This document shows, piece after piece, positions 29,170 through 39,064 of a DNA stretch of 64,000 nucleotides. The DNA lies in the IMG/VR virus record IMGVR_UViG_3300009502_001749, positions 1 to 64,000 of that record, one strand, 5' to 3'. The DNA is from a virus. Both the position numbers and the translations under genes were made by a program. The notes under the pieces were generated by a model. It made no database searches. It was given only the letters and a program-made list of their open reading frames with translations, and was not told the DNA's origin. Every line of letters begins with the position of its first letter. Positions within the stretch are counted from its first letter, which is position 1.

Positions 29170-29601
29170 ATGAAAACAATTAGAGAACAATTATTTGAAG
29201 GTAAGAAAGAAGATAATAAATTGAATAAAGCAGCAAAAATTGCTGGCACAACAGCTTTAACTGGCGCAGGTTTATATGGTGGAAAAGAATTAACAAGAGC
29301 TGTTATTGATGCATCAGAAGGTGGCGCACCTGCATCAGATACAATAGATGCTGTCGCATCACTTCATAATTCTACTATTGGAAAAATAGCAAGAGGAGTT
29401 AGCAAAGGTATTAGAAAAACTTTTACAAATGAACATCCTTTATCAATTGAAGCAAAAGATAAAATGGGTGAATTAGCAGCTGGTACTTGGAAAGGAGCAA
29501 ATCAAATTGGAGATATTGGAGGAGCTGTTGCAATTCCTGCGACAGTAACAGCATTAGGATTAGCAGCTTATAATAAATTAAAAAAAAATAAGAAGAAATA
29601 G
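29170..29601 (+). CDS. Membrane protein with MKTIREQLFE leader
   Basis: Two Gly/Ala hydrophobic segments, poly-Lys tail. Confidence 0.6.
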   Translation: MKTIREQLFEGKKEDNKLNKAAKIAGTTALTGAGLYGGKELTRAVIDASEGGAPASDTIDAVASLHNSTIGKIARGVSKGIRKTFTNEHPLSIEAKDKMGELAAGTWKGANQIGDIGGAVAIPATVTALGLAAYNKLKKNKKK

Positions 29602-29617
29602 TTTTGGAGGTTTATTT

Positions 29618-29797
29618 ATGATTTCAATAATGGAATCATTTTTTTGGACAGTAGAAGGTTTTGGAGAAAAAACTCCAAAAGAGGCATATACAATAACAGA
29701 TGAATTTAAGCCTGATACAGAAATCAATAAAGATAACTTATTAATACGAGATGAAGGAATAGGAACAGCAAAAAATAATTATGAGTCTCAAAGATAA
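29618..29797 (+). CDS. 59-aa leader-family protein (MISIME)
   Basis: GGAGG + ATG 29618; below the ORF-track cutoff. Confidence 0.5.
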   Translation: MISIMESFFWTVEGFGEKTPKEAYTITDEFKPDTEINKDNLLIRDEGIGTAKNNYESQR

Positions 29798-29846
29798 AAC
29801 AAATTGATATGAAGTTGAGAACTAATTTCTCTGCTTCTAAAAATAT

Positions 29847-29854
29847 ATAGAAAT
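29847..29854 (+). promoter_or_regulatory. Putative phage promoter motif ATAGAAAT
   Basis: ATATAGAAAT-TATATTT-TATGAA. Confidence 0.4.
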
Positions 29855-29899
29855 TATATTTTATGAAAGGCTTTTAAAAGAATAAAATGTGAGGAAAAA

Positions 29900-31177
29900 A
29901 TGTTTTTAGAGGCATATGGATTAAATCCTTCCAAATCTGATACAAGTTTAGATATTTCTTATAAGCTTTTATTTTATCATATTAATGATGAATTAATAAA
30001 AGCAGCTAGTGATAATAATATTATTATTGCCACTAAATTGATCGAGAAGTATTGGGTGGAACTGAAAAATAATTTTGAATCATCAATTCAAGATAGACAC
30101 CCATTAGTTAAAGGTTTGTTTTATTTATATCAAACTGGTAATGCTTTGAATAGGTACAACACATTAGATTTAAAAATATCTAAAATTAAGTTTCGTTCAA
30201 AGGTTCTGTTTCCTTATTTAATTTATATTCTCCAACAATATTTACCTAATGTTCGGCAATTTCTTCAATATATTGTTTGGTCATCTTATGAAGAAATGAA
30301 AAAGAAATCTGCCGGTGCAGTTAATTTTTATGTTAATTCATTATATCTTGATCAAGATGTTATTAAACATGATGTGTTATTAGAGTTTTTAGGTAATGCT
30401 TTAATTAAATTTACACCATTAAGTGTTGGAAATGTTAACGCATTTTATAAAAAGATATTCAGAAACATTTTTAATTGGTATTTTAAAAATAAACAAGAAA
30501 ATCAACCAATTTGGTCAAATTTTTGGAATATTGAAAATGCATTAACATCAATTAACACTTCTGTGAGATTATCTATTTATCGAGATGTTTTATATGGTCT
30601 TGAAGTTGAGAAACTTTACAAACAATCACCAGTATTATCTCAACTAGGTTATAATTATAAGATTTTTAGAAATTTAATTATTAATAATGAAATTCAAGAT
30701 ATTTATATGTCACTTGATAAGTATAATTCAGCTGGAATTACAAATAATGAATACAAACTACTTAAGATTTATGATGATGATATTATGAATGAACAGATTA
30801 TAGAAAAAATTCGTAAATTACCAACGATTTTTAAACTATTGAAATGTGTTCATATTGTTAATCCAAAAGGTAAACCACACAATGAAATGGTTATAAAGCC
30901 TGAGTTATTGAAATTTGCCGTTAGAGATGAATTAATACATCCTTTTAGAAATTTCTTTAATGAAAATTATTTATTACCTATTTTAGAAAAAGTTGCTGAA
31001 AATTTTGTAAATTCATTATTGATGGGTGATTATATTAATTTAATAACGTTGGCACCCATTAAAATTAATCAGATTAGTTTTGTAGAACAAGTACGTAAAT
31101 TTGTTCGTATTTGTTTGGATGAAATGTCCAACGTTGGAGGCGAAACGGAAGATGTCAGGATCAGAGCAGTTCGATAA
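29900..31177 (+). CDS. Hypothetical protein
   Basis: 425-aa ORF, no recognised motif. Confidence 0.6.
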   Translation: MFLEAYGLNPSKSDTSLDISYKLLFYHINDELIKAASDNNIIIATKLIEKYWVELKNNFESSIQDRHPLVKGLFYLYQTGNALNRYNTLDLKISKIKFRSKVLFPYLIYILQQYLPNVRQFLQYIVWSSYEEMKKKSAGAVNFYVNSLYLDQDVIKHDVLLEFLGNALIKFTPLSVGNVNAFYKKIFRNIFNWYFKNKQENQPIWSNFWNIENALTSINTSVRLSIYRDVLYGLEVEKLYKQSPVLSQLGYNYKIFRNLIINNEIQDIYMSLDKYNSAGITNNEYKLLKIYDDDIMNEQIIEKIRKLPTIFKLLKCVHIVNPKGKPHNEMVIKPELLKFAVRDELIHPFRNFFNENYLLPILEKVAENFVNSLLMGDYINLITLAPIKINQISFVEQVRKFVRICLDEMSNVGGETEDVRIRAVR

Positions 31178-31634
31178 ACAAGAAATATCATCTAAAATTG
31201 AAGATCAAAAATCACAATTAGAAACACAAATTACACAATTAGGTACTAGAATTTTAAATTTACAAAAATACATTATAACTCTTGAACATGCTAATAATGT
31301 TATTGAACAATTAGCTAATAACGAAAAAGATGGCGCAAAAATAAAATCATATTATGCTGCAGTAAAACAGAATATTGAATTATTAGCTAAAATTTTTGAA
31401 GTTATTAAAGAGTATGAAGGTGTTAAATTTAAATATTATAAAGAAATAGATGATATTATAATTAGTAAGTATAAAATGATTTCTATTGATATTAAAAAAT
31501 TAGAAGAAAAACTTAACGGTTCAGATGATGTATTTGGATTTTTTGAAAGATTAACAGATGCATTAAAAAATTCAGGTGCTAAACGAGAACAAGTTACAAG
31601 TGAATTACAAAATGATCCAGATTATAAGTTGTAG
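31152..31634 (+). CDS. Hypothetical coiled-coil protein
   Basis: GGAGG before ATG 31152. Confidence 0.55.
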   Translation: MSGSEQFDKQEISSKIEDQKSQLETQITQLGTRILNLQKYIITLEHANNVIEQLANNEKDGAKIKSYYAAVKQNIELLAKIFEVIKEYEGVKFKYYKEIDDIIISKYKMISIDIKKLEEKLNGSDDVFGFFERLTDALKNSGAKREQVTSELQNDPDYKL

Positions 31635-31642
31635 GAGGAAAC

Positions 31643-32008
31643 ATGATTTCTATTATAAGACCGAATGCATTTTTAGGTGGAAGAGATTCTGATGATAGAA
31701 CTAATAATTTTATTCCACTCGGTGGTAATATAATCAGAATAATCAAAATAAGATCAGTTCCAACAGAAACGGAAGAAGAGGTAAAAAATATGTCAGATTA
31801 TGATGATGATAATATAGCAGATGACTATGATGATGAAAACATACAAGATCCAGATTTTTCTGAATTTCAAGATGAATTAGATCAAATTCCAGATGATGAT
31901 GAAACACTTGATTCACTTCCAGATATTGATATTGATGAATTAGATGTTGAAGATTTTGAAAATAGAGATGAAGAAGAAGATTTTGAGGGAATGGAAGATG
32001 ACTTATAA
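31643..32008 (+). CDS. Highly acidic hypothetical protein
   Basis: D/E-rich C-terminal 70 aa. Confidence 0.55.
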   Translation: MISIIRPNAFLGGRDSDDRTNNFIPLGGNIIRIIKIRSVPTETEEEVKNMSDYDDDNIADDYDDENIQDPDFSEFQDELDQIPDDDETLDSLPDIDIDELDVEDFENRDEEEDFEGMEDDL

Positions 32009-32183
32009 AGATGATCAAAAAATAGATTTAGATGAATTAATTACTGAATTTATGAATATGGTTAATGAAGATGGTACTGATTTAAGTACTGATCCTAATG
32101 TTAAAAGAGTAAAAGTAATTAAAGCAAGTGGTGGTTGTGCTTGTGGAAATTGTTTAGATGAAGAAGATGTTATGGAGGCGTAA
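31998..32183 (+). CDS. Small protein with CACGNC motif
   Basis: ATG 31998; SGGCACGNC. Confidence 0.45.
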   Translation: MTYKDDQKIDLDELITEFMNMVNEDGTDLSTDPNVKRVKVIKASGGCACGNCLDEEDVMEA

Positions 32184-32188
32184 ATAAA

Positions 32189-32425
32189 ATGAAGTTAACA
32201 AAATTTGATAATCAGATAAGTGAAAGGATTATTAAAAGTGTTATTTTTGAAAATTGGATGGAAATAACAAAACAAAAAATTAAAGATTGTTTAGAAGATA
32301 TAATTCATGGGTGGTATCAATTTAATTTTAATATTAGTCTAATATCAAATAGTATTATAATTAATTTTACTTATTGTCCTAGTGAATTTAAAATGAAAAC
32401 ACTTTGTATTAAAGTTGGAGGCTAA
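32189..32425 (+). CDS. Hypothetical protein
   Basis: ORF with RBS. Confidence 0.45.
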   Translation: MKLTKFDNQISERIIKSVIFENWMEITKQKIKDCLEDIIHGWYQFNFNISLISNSIIINFTYCPSEFKMKTLCIKVGG

Positions 32426-32435
32426 AAAATAAACA

Positions 32436-33037
32436 ATGGCAAGAAAAAAAGAAGATACAAATAAAAGTGCAAACAATAGTAGTTATGATTCTTCAAATTT
32501 TGAAAGTGCATCAACTAGTCAAGCTGAACTTTTGGGAACAGCATTTGAATCTATTATTACAACTAAATATGGATTTGCTAGAGCACCAGAACCTTATCTT
32601 ACTCCATTTGGAATTCAACATTTGGATGGTTTAATTGGTGGAGGAATAACTTCTTCAGCACCAGTTATGTTAACATCAACTCCAGAAACAGGTAAAAGTA
32701 CATTAGCTTTTCAGCTTTCAAAGATATTTCAAACATTATATCCAAATTCGATGGTTGTTTATTTGGATATTGAAACAGCAGCAAATAAATCTAATAAAAA
32801 TAATGCAATGTCTCGAGTTAATATATTTGAGATTGATGAAAAGAGATTCAGGTATGAACCTTTGGTTATTGATATAAACCAGTTGTTTGAGTTGATCGAA
32901 CAGTTGTGTCAAGTAAAACAAATGTTTGAACAAAAGTCACAGAAAGAGTTTAAAGTATTTATTATTTGGGATAGTATAGCGGCAACACCTTCTTCTAAAG
33001 TTGCTGACGCTGAAGATCCAAATAAAATAATTGGGGT
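32436..33037 (+). CDS. uvsX: RecA/UvsX-like recombinase, exon 1
   Basis: PFGIQHLDGLIGGG, TPETGKST, VYLDIE, IIWDSIAA; joins exon 2 as IIG-V-KARQL. Confidence 0.8.
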
Positions 33038-33353
33038 TAGCTCTAGGCTTTGGCTCCAATAAAATCTTGTGAATTGCTGGAACACCCTTAAAACTTTTCT
33101 ACTACAAAGTAATCTGAAAAGATAAACTTGAATGTTTAAAAAAGAAAAGATTGGGCAATCAGCAGCCGAGCTCCTAAAGAATCTGCTAAATTTTATGGAG
33201 AAGGTTCAACGACTAGTCGAAAGACGTAGAGTTTAAGTAAACTCGAAGCGCAAGACATTCAGAAATGAATGAAGATATAGTCTGATCTATATGGAAACAT
33301 ATAGCTGAATAAAATTCAGAAGAAGAATTAACGATTCTTCTTAAACACAAATG
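33038..33353 (+). ncRNA. Group I intron (ORF-less, 316 nt) in recA/uvsX
   Basis: GAATTGCTGGAA (P), AATCAGCAG (Q), TTCAACGACTA (R), AAGATATAGTCT (S); P1 TTGGGGT/GCTCCAA with U.G; P10 GCTTT/AAAGC; terminal G; splicing restores frame. Confidence 0.9.
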
Positions 33354-34158
33354 AAAAGCTCGCCAGTTAACATTTGCATTAGAAAAATATTTGCCAATGA
33401 TGGCTTTTAACAGAATCACATTTCTTGCTATTGATCAAGTTCGTGCAAATCTTCAGATTGATCCTTACGCTCAAAAAGAAAAGTCAGTCGGGATCTTTAA
33501 AGATTATCGCGCCGCTACATCAATATCAGCTCTCAATCATAGAGTTGCTCAATGGTTATTTTTATCCAGAAAAGCAGCTATAACACCAGATGATGGTTTG
33601 GGTATTAATGGTTGGCAGATGAATCTATATGTAGAGAAGAATAAAATTGCACCATCTCAAGAATCAATTACATGTGTTTTTGATAAAAGAAATGGTCTTC
33701 ATAAATTTTGGAGTGAGTATATTTTCCTTAGTGAAATGATGCCATCTGAAAAGAAATATTATAAAACTGAAGAAAAAATACCTTATCCATTATCAATTAT
33801 AAAATCTGGACCTCAGGTTCATCTTGAGTTTATAGATCCAACAACTGGAAATGTTACTTATTCATCAGATAATATGTATAAGAAAAATATGAACAAAGCA
33901 TATGATTCAGATGCTCAATTTAAAGCTGCTTTTGATTATGTTGTTAGTATGGCTGTTGAACTTAGAATTAAACAAGGTCTTTTTAGAGAGAATGAATCAA
34001 AAGTTAATTTAAGTTCTGAAGAGATTGAAGAATTTGAAACTGAAAGTCTTGTTGATGAAGATATAAATACACCTAAAATATCTGCCGCTGAACAAATTGT
34101 AGCAGAAATACCTTCAACTAATATTGAAACCGAAGCAACATATGAATCAATATTTTAA
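33354..34158 (+). CDS. uvsX: RecA/UvsX-like recombinase, exon 2 (spliced product 468 aa)
   Basis: KARQL..LAIDQVR..VEKNKIAP. Confidence 0.8.
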
Positions 34159-34181
34159 TATTGTTGTGTAGAGGAGTTATT

Positions 34182-35156
34182 ATGGATGTTAGATTTTTGA
34201 AAGAAATTAGTGAAGCATATATTATGGACACAGAACTTGATGCTTTTCCAGAACAAATATTTAATGAATTATATGGAATCACCAAATATATTCAAGCGAA
34301 TGATCTGGAATTATATAATGAACTTTATGAATCAAGCAGAATCACTCAACAAAGAATTTTAAAAACATATCTTGATTGTGTTTTTGAATTAGATGTTCCT
34401 GAAAAAGTTGATGAAGAATTGTTAACTGAAGATCCTGGAGTTGGAGCTGTTATTGGTATATTGGGTTCAATTGTAATTGGATTATATCGTAAAGGAATAA
34501 CAAAAAGCTTAATGAAAGCTGCATCTGAACTTGGAAAATTTTCTGAGTATATTGGAAAATTTCTAACTAAGAAAGGTAAATATTTTCAGCTTAGATATTC
34601 TATTATTCAGGAAAATTATAAAAAATGTTATGTTAAATGTGGAATTGAAAAACCTTCTGATATTAGTGCGCTTTCATATGGTTCTATTTCTTCATCGGCA
34701 AATTTCGCATCTAAAAAGTCAGCAGAGCAAGCAAAGTGTCTTAGAGAATGTTATCTTGAAAATTTAATAGAAACAATTTGTTTGCATATGGAAGGATATT
34801 TCGCTTGTTTAAAAAGAACTGGAAATTTTGCCGCTATACAAAATTCTGATTCTGATGATCTTATGAAACTTATATCTTCAACTAATATTGGAGCTGCATG
34901 TGCAGATTATTATGATTTAGCTCAATCATCTCTTGGAAATTTTTACAAAGTTCTTGAATTAGTTTATAATGAGATGGAAGAAGGAGATAAAAAATTAGAA
35001 TGGATCAACAAACTCAGAGGAAGATTATATCAAACAAGACAACAAGTACAAAAATATGATAATAATCAGTTACAAAAATATGATTCTAATAGCGGACAAA
35101 GACCAGATTTCAAAAACAATCAAAGACCTGATTTTAAAAAGTTTCAAAGGTCTTAA
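34182..35156 (+). CDS. Cys-containing putative head-associated protein
   Basis: ISE, LYE, LTE sites followed by a hydrophobic segment; CxxxC motifs. Confidence 0.5.
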   Translation: MDVRFLKEISEAYIMDTELDAFPEQIFNELYGITKYIQANDLELYNELYESSRITQQRILKTYLDCVFELDVPEKVDEELLTEDPGVGAVIGILGSIVIGLYRKGITKSLMKAASELGKFSEYIGKFLTKKGKYFQLRYSIIQENYKKCYVKCGIEKPSDISALSYGSISSSANFASKKSAEQAKCLRECYLENLIETICLHMEGYFACLKRTGNFAAIQNSDSDDLMKLISSTNIGAACADYYDLAQSSLGNFYKVLELVYNEMEEGDKKLEWINKLRGRLYQTRQQVQKYDNNQLQKYDSNSGQRPDFKNNQRPDFKKFQRS

Positions 35157-35219
35157 AAGAAATTTATTCCCATTAGGAGGGGTGTTTAAAATATCCTAGA
35201 TTCAATCAGAGGAGAAAAT

Positions 35220-35483
35220 ATGATTAGAGCTACAATGTCTAAACGTAGTAAAGCTGGAAAAATGAATGCACTTGGTGGTGCTTTTGCAATGAGAATTGCG
35301 AGAGAAAAAGGCGATCCTCTTTATGTTAAAATGAAGAAACTTAAATTTTTATACAAAGCTGCGAAACTAACACTTCTTAAAAGATATGGTTCAAAGGGTA
35401 AAATGGCTGCTCGTTTGGCTGCTATGGGCAAAGTTCAGAGTTTTGCTCCTCATGTTTCTGGTCAACCTGTTCACAAAAAATAA
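35220..35483 (+). CDS. Small very basic protein
   Basis: AMRIAREKGDPLYVKM; GAGGAG RBS. Confidence 0.55.
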   Translation: MIRATMSKRSKAGKMNALGGAFAMRIAREKGDPLYVKMKKLKFLYKAAKLTLLKRYGSKGKMAARLAAMGKVQSFAPHVSGQPVHKK

Positions 35484-35491
35484 AAATTTTA

Positions 35492-35528
35492 AATATTTGG
35501 GAAGGTGTCAAAAGCCTTCCCAAATATT
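35492..35528. terminator. Terminator-like hairpin
   Basis: AATATTTGGGAAGG-N9-CCTTCCCAAATATT. Confidence 0.6.
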
Positions 35529-35545
35529 ATATTTGCAATTTATAT

Positions 35546-35553
35546 ATAGAAAT
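35546..35553 (+). promoter_or_regulatory. Putative phage promoter motif ATAGAAAT
   Basis: ATATAGAAAT-TATATCT-TATATA after a terminator. Confidence 0.4.
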
Positions 35554-35590
35554 TATATCTTATATAAACTATATTAAATGGAGGCGTTGT

Positions 35591-36559
35591 TTGAGTGACT
35601 TAATTAATTTAATGGAAATGATCGAAACACCACAGGATATTATTGAAGATATTATTGAAAGAGAGAAAAGTTCTGAAATTGTAGACTGTCCTTCATATGA
35701 AATTGTAACACCAAATATTCCACAATCTTATTCTTTATTCGATATTGATAAATTTACAAAAGAATTGTATGATAAATCTGCCGCTAAAAATCAAGCTTAT
35801 CGTGAAATAGTTCAGAATATTAATGCATATGATTTAGCAAAAAATTGTATAAGAGATATTGTTTATAAATTATTAAATACACCAGTTGAATCTTTTGCCG
35901 ATAAATGGTTACCTATTTTATTAAGATCAACTTTAGGAAATGCTATACATAATTTCATTCAAGATAATTCTAATCAATTTACTGAAAGAGAAGTTTCTAT
36001 AAAAGTTCCATCTAAAAGAATGTCTGTTAGATTAGATAATCTTATCGGTCCAAATATTTTAGTAGAAATTAAAAGTTTACCTTATTTAGAATATGAAAAA
36101 ATAATTAGAACTTGCAAACCAAGATTGGCAGATTTTTATCAAGGAGTAACTTATAAATATTTATTAGAGAATCATTTAGAAGAAGCAAAAAATTCTGGAG
36201 GAAAAGGAAAAACAAGAACTGATCCTCCGGCTTTAGATAAATATGATATTCAACAAATTCAGTTCATTTATGTTGCACATGATGTAACAGCAAATGATGT
36301 TGAATCTTTAGCTGAAATTTTAGAACGAATCAAACAATTAAAAAGACTTCTTAAGTCTAAGTCTAATACATTTTTCTTCATAACAACATTATCAATTGAT
36401 GTAACAAATAATGTTGCAGATCCTTATATTAATCATATTAAAAATAAATTAGAAAGGATTAATTATTATTTAGATAATAATAAGATACCACCTGATGATG
36501 ATAAATATATGGAAAAAGAATGTTTTTTCTGTCTATACAAAAAGTTATGTGGAAAATAA
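35591..36559 (+). CDS. Cas4-like PD-(D/E)xK exonuclease
   Basis: C.R..Y; GNAIH; RLD..LVEIKS; Q...Y; C-terminal CFFCLYKKLC Fe-S ligands. Confidence 0.75.
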   Translation: MSDLINLMEMIETPQDIIEDIIEREKSSEIVDCPSYEIVTPNIPQSYSLFDIDKFTKELYDKSAAKNQAYREIVQNINAYDLAKNCIRDIVYKLLNTPVESFADKWLPILLRSTLGNAIHNFIQDNSNQFTEREVSIKVPSKRMSVRLDNLIGPNILVEIKSLPYLEYEKIIRTCKPRLADFYQGVTYKYLLENHLEEAKNSGGKGKTRTDPPALDKYDIQQIQFIYVAHDVTANDVESLAEILERIKQLKRLLKSKSNTFFFITTLSIDVTNNVADPYINHIKNKLERINYYLDNNKIPPDDDKYMEKECFFCLYKKLCGK

Positions 36560-36600
36560 TAATTTAGAGAAGAGTTAAATCTCTTCTCTAAATTATTATT
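36555..36600. terminator. 20-bp perfect inverted repeat
   Basis: AATAATAATTTAGAGAAGAG-TTAAAT-CTCTTCTCTAAATTATTATT. Confidence 0.6.
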
Positions 36601-36610
36601 TGGAGATAAA

Positions 36611-36811
36611 ATGGAAACGAAGGATGAACTATTAAATAAATATAAACATGATCCTTATTTGTTTATGAAAGATTTTATTATGAAACCAGGTCAAATATTT
36701 GATAAAAATCATGAAAAATTATTTATAAATTTACGCGAATTTTTAAAGAAAAGAATTAAAGCTAATGTGCCGATAGAAGATATCATTCATAAGGAGAGAT
36801 ATAATGATTAG
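36611..36811 (+). CDS. Hypothetical protein
   Basis: ORF with RBS. Confidence 0.45.
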   Translation: METKDELLNKYKHDPYLFMKDFIMKPGQIFDKNHEKLFINLREFLKKRIKANVPIEDIIHKERYND

Positions 36812-37241
36812 TGTTAAACATTTATTTGAATCGTTAAATCAATCAAAGAAAATTGGAATTGTAGGATATTCTGCAATGAAGTTTGATGAAGATTTAGCTA
36901 AAAAATTAATTAATGAAGGACTAGATAATGTTGATGCTAAAGAAGGAGATGAACTAGTTTCTGGATTAACAGATTTAGGAATACCAGGATTGGCTTACAG
37001 AATTGGTAAAGAACGAAATATGAAACTTATAGGTATAGCTTGTGAAAAAGCACATGATGAAGATAGTGTTTGTTATCCTGTTGATAGAGAAATAATAGTT
37101 GGAAAAAATTGGGGAGATGAATCAAAAACTTTTTTAGATTATATAGATGTTTTAATTAAAGTTGGTGGTGGAAAACAATCTAAAGAAGAATATGAAAAGT
37201 TTGATGGTCCTAAGATTAATTTTGAATTAGAATCTAAGTGA
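36804..37241 (+). CDS. SLOG-like protein with MISVKHLFE leader
   Basis: IGIVGYS, LVSGLTDLGIP, WGDES, LIKVGGGKQS. Confidence 0.55.
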   Translation: MISVKHLFESLNQSKKIGIVGYSAMKFDEDLAKKLINEGLDNVDAKEGDELVSGLTDLGIPGLAYRIGKERNMKLIGIACEKAHDEDSVCYPVDREIIVGKNWGDESKTFLDYIDVLIKVGGGKQSKEEYEKFDGPKINFELESK

Positions 37242-37251
37242 GGAAATTATT

Positions 37252-37383
37252 ATGAGAGATTTAGGTTTTCCACCTGATAAGTGTGATAAATGTGGTAATA
37301 CTTCTTTTAATTTATCTTTTTCTGAATCTGAAGTTATTTTTATTTGTGGTAAATGTGGAAATGTTATAAGAGGAGAGAAATGA
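37252..37383 (+). CDS. 43-aa zinc-ribbon protein
   Basis: CDKCG...ICGKCG; RBS GAGG. Confidence 0.5.
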   Translation: MRDLGFPPDKCDKCGNTSFNLSFSESEVIFICGKCGNVIRGEK

Positions 37384-37752
37384 ATTTTGAAAAATTTTTA
37401 GATTTTTATGATAAACATCCAGAATATGTTAATCATAATTTTTTTAAATTATCAAGAGAATCTGTTTTGAAATTATTAAAAAATAATTCTCAAGTTATTG
37501 TTTCTCTAGTAAATCCAGCAATATTTACAATTTCCTAATATTTATATAACTTATAAAAGATTAATATTTAAAGAAGAATTTAAAAATCATGATTTTATAA
37601 AAAATATAGATCAAATAATATATTCTTGCAATTTTAAAATAAATAGAGAAATAGATAATAAATTTGAGTGGAATTTTATAACTGAAGAATTTAAATATAA
37701 TAATAAACAAATTCAATATGTTGGATTTGAAAGATATATTGAGGAGAGATAA
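37380..37752 (+). pseudogene. Hypothetical gene split by a +1 frameshift near 37500-37535
   Basis: 0-frame stops at 37538; a second frame is open 37513-37752 with no start of its own. Confidence 0.4.
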
Positions 37753-37755
37753 ATA

Positions 37756-37905
37756 ATGGGATTTGTGCCATTTGGATTAGTTCCAAGAAAACATTTCATT
37801 TCAAATCAAAAAGGTTATGATTTTGTTTTAAATGAAATTAAATATGCTAAACAAAAAAGTTTAATAAGTAAAATTATTAATTTTTTAAGAAGGAAGAATA
37901 AATGA
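37756..37905 (+). CDS. 49-aa hypothetical protein
   Basis: GAGGAG RBS; stop overlaps the next start (ATGA). Confidence 0.4.
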   Translation: MGFVPFGLVPRKHFISNQKGYDFVLNEIKYAKQKSLISKIINFLRRKNK

Positions 37906-38432
37906 AATTATTTTTCGATACAGAGTTTACAGGATTACATAAGAATACAACTTTAATTTCTTTAGGAATAATTTCAGATAATAATAAAACATTTTATGCT
38001 GAATTTACAGATTTTGATGTGAGTCAATGTGATCATTGGATTTTTGATAATGTTGTGAAAAAATTAACTTTATGCGGTAAAACTGGAACATGTTATATTA
38101 ATGATGAAAACAATATACAAATTTGTAATAAAACCTTTACAATTAAAAAAGAACTTGAAAGATGGTTAGAACAATTTGATCAAGTTGAGATGTGGTCTGA
38201 TTGTCTATCATATGATTGGGTTTTATTTAATGATTTATTTGGAACAGCTTTTAATATACCTAAAAATATATATTATATTCCTTTTGATATTTGTACACTT
38301 TTTAAAATTAAGGGTGTTGATCCTGATATTAATCGTGAAGAATTTGCCGGTAGTCATTCTTTAGTTGATAAACATAATGCTTTACATGATGCTAAAATCA
38401 TTAAATTGTGTTATGAAAAATTGATGGAATAG
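37902..38432 (+). CDS. DEDDh 3'-5' exo(ribo)nuclease (Rv2179c-like)
   Basis: FFDTEFTG, SYDWV, HNALHDA. Confidence 0.85.
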   Translation: MKLFFDTEFTGLHKNTTLISLGIISDNNKTFYAEFTDFDVSQCDHWIFDNVVKKLTLCGKTGTCYINDENNIQICNKTFTIKKELERWLEQFDQVEMWSDCLSYDWVLFNDLFGTAFNIPKNIYYIPFDICTLFKIKGVDPDINREEFAGSHSLVDKHNALHDAKIIKLCYEKLME

Positions 38433-38441
38433 GGAGATATG

Positions 38442-39047
38442 ATGTTATCATTAAGTTATCTTTTTGAAGAAGATGAAGATTTTGATAGAGAAGATATGAT
38501 TGATCATTTTAACGAAAGAACACATAACCATATTTTTCTCGTAGAGAAATATTTAGATAAAATTATTAATTTAGAAGATTCAAATTTGGACAATTCTATT
38601 TTAGAAAAAGAAAAAGAAGGACATGATGAAAGTAAATTTTTAGCACCAGAACATGAACCATATTTAAAAATCAATTGGCGTTATCATATGAAAGATAGAG
38701 GAATAGATTATAATCCTGGAAAAAAGATTGAAGATCAAATGCAAGCGGCAACTTTTCATCATGTGAAGAATAATAAACATCATCCCGAATTTTGGGATGA
38801 AAAAAGTACTATAGAAAACGTTAATAATAAAGATCGTGATAAACCACCAGAACAAATTGTGGATGCAACAAAAATGCAGTTAGAGTATATTGCTTGTATG
38901 GTAGCTGATTGGTGTGCTATGTCTGAAGAACGAAATAGTGATCCTTATAAATGGGCAAAAGATAACATCAACGTTAGGTGGCAATTTACTCCAGAGCAAG
39001 AAAATTTTATTTATGATTTATTGGATGAAGTATGGAAAAAGAAATAA
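38442..39047 (+). CDS. HD-like phosphohydrolase (DUF5662-like) with MLSLSYLFE leader
   Basis: HI..V, HDESKF, HHVKNNKHHPEFW, MVADWCAMS. Confidence 0.7.
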   Translation: MLSLSYLFEEDEDFDREDMIDHFNERTHNHIFLVEKYLDKIINLEDSNLDNSILEKEKEGHDESKFLAPEHEPYLKINWRYHMKDRGIDYNPGKKIEDQMQAATFHHVKNNKHHPEFWDEKSTIENVNNKDRDKPPEQIVDATKMQLEYIACMVADWCAMSEERNSDPYKWAKDNINVRWQFTPEQENFIYDLLDEVWKKK

Positions 39048-39064
39048 CTTCATAGAGGGTACTT

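Noticed and set aside
31643-31672. MISIIRPNAF as a leader-family member
   Set aside because: Starts MISI but lacks the terminal Glu; left out of the count
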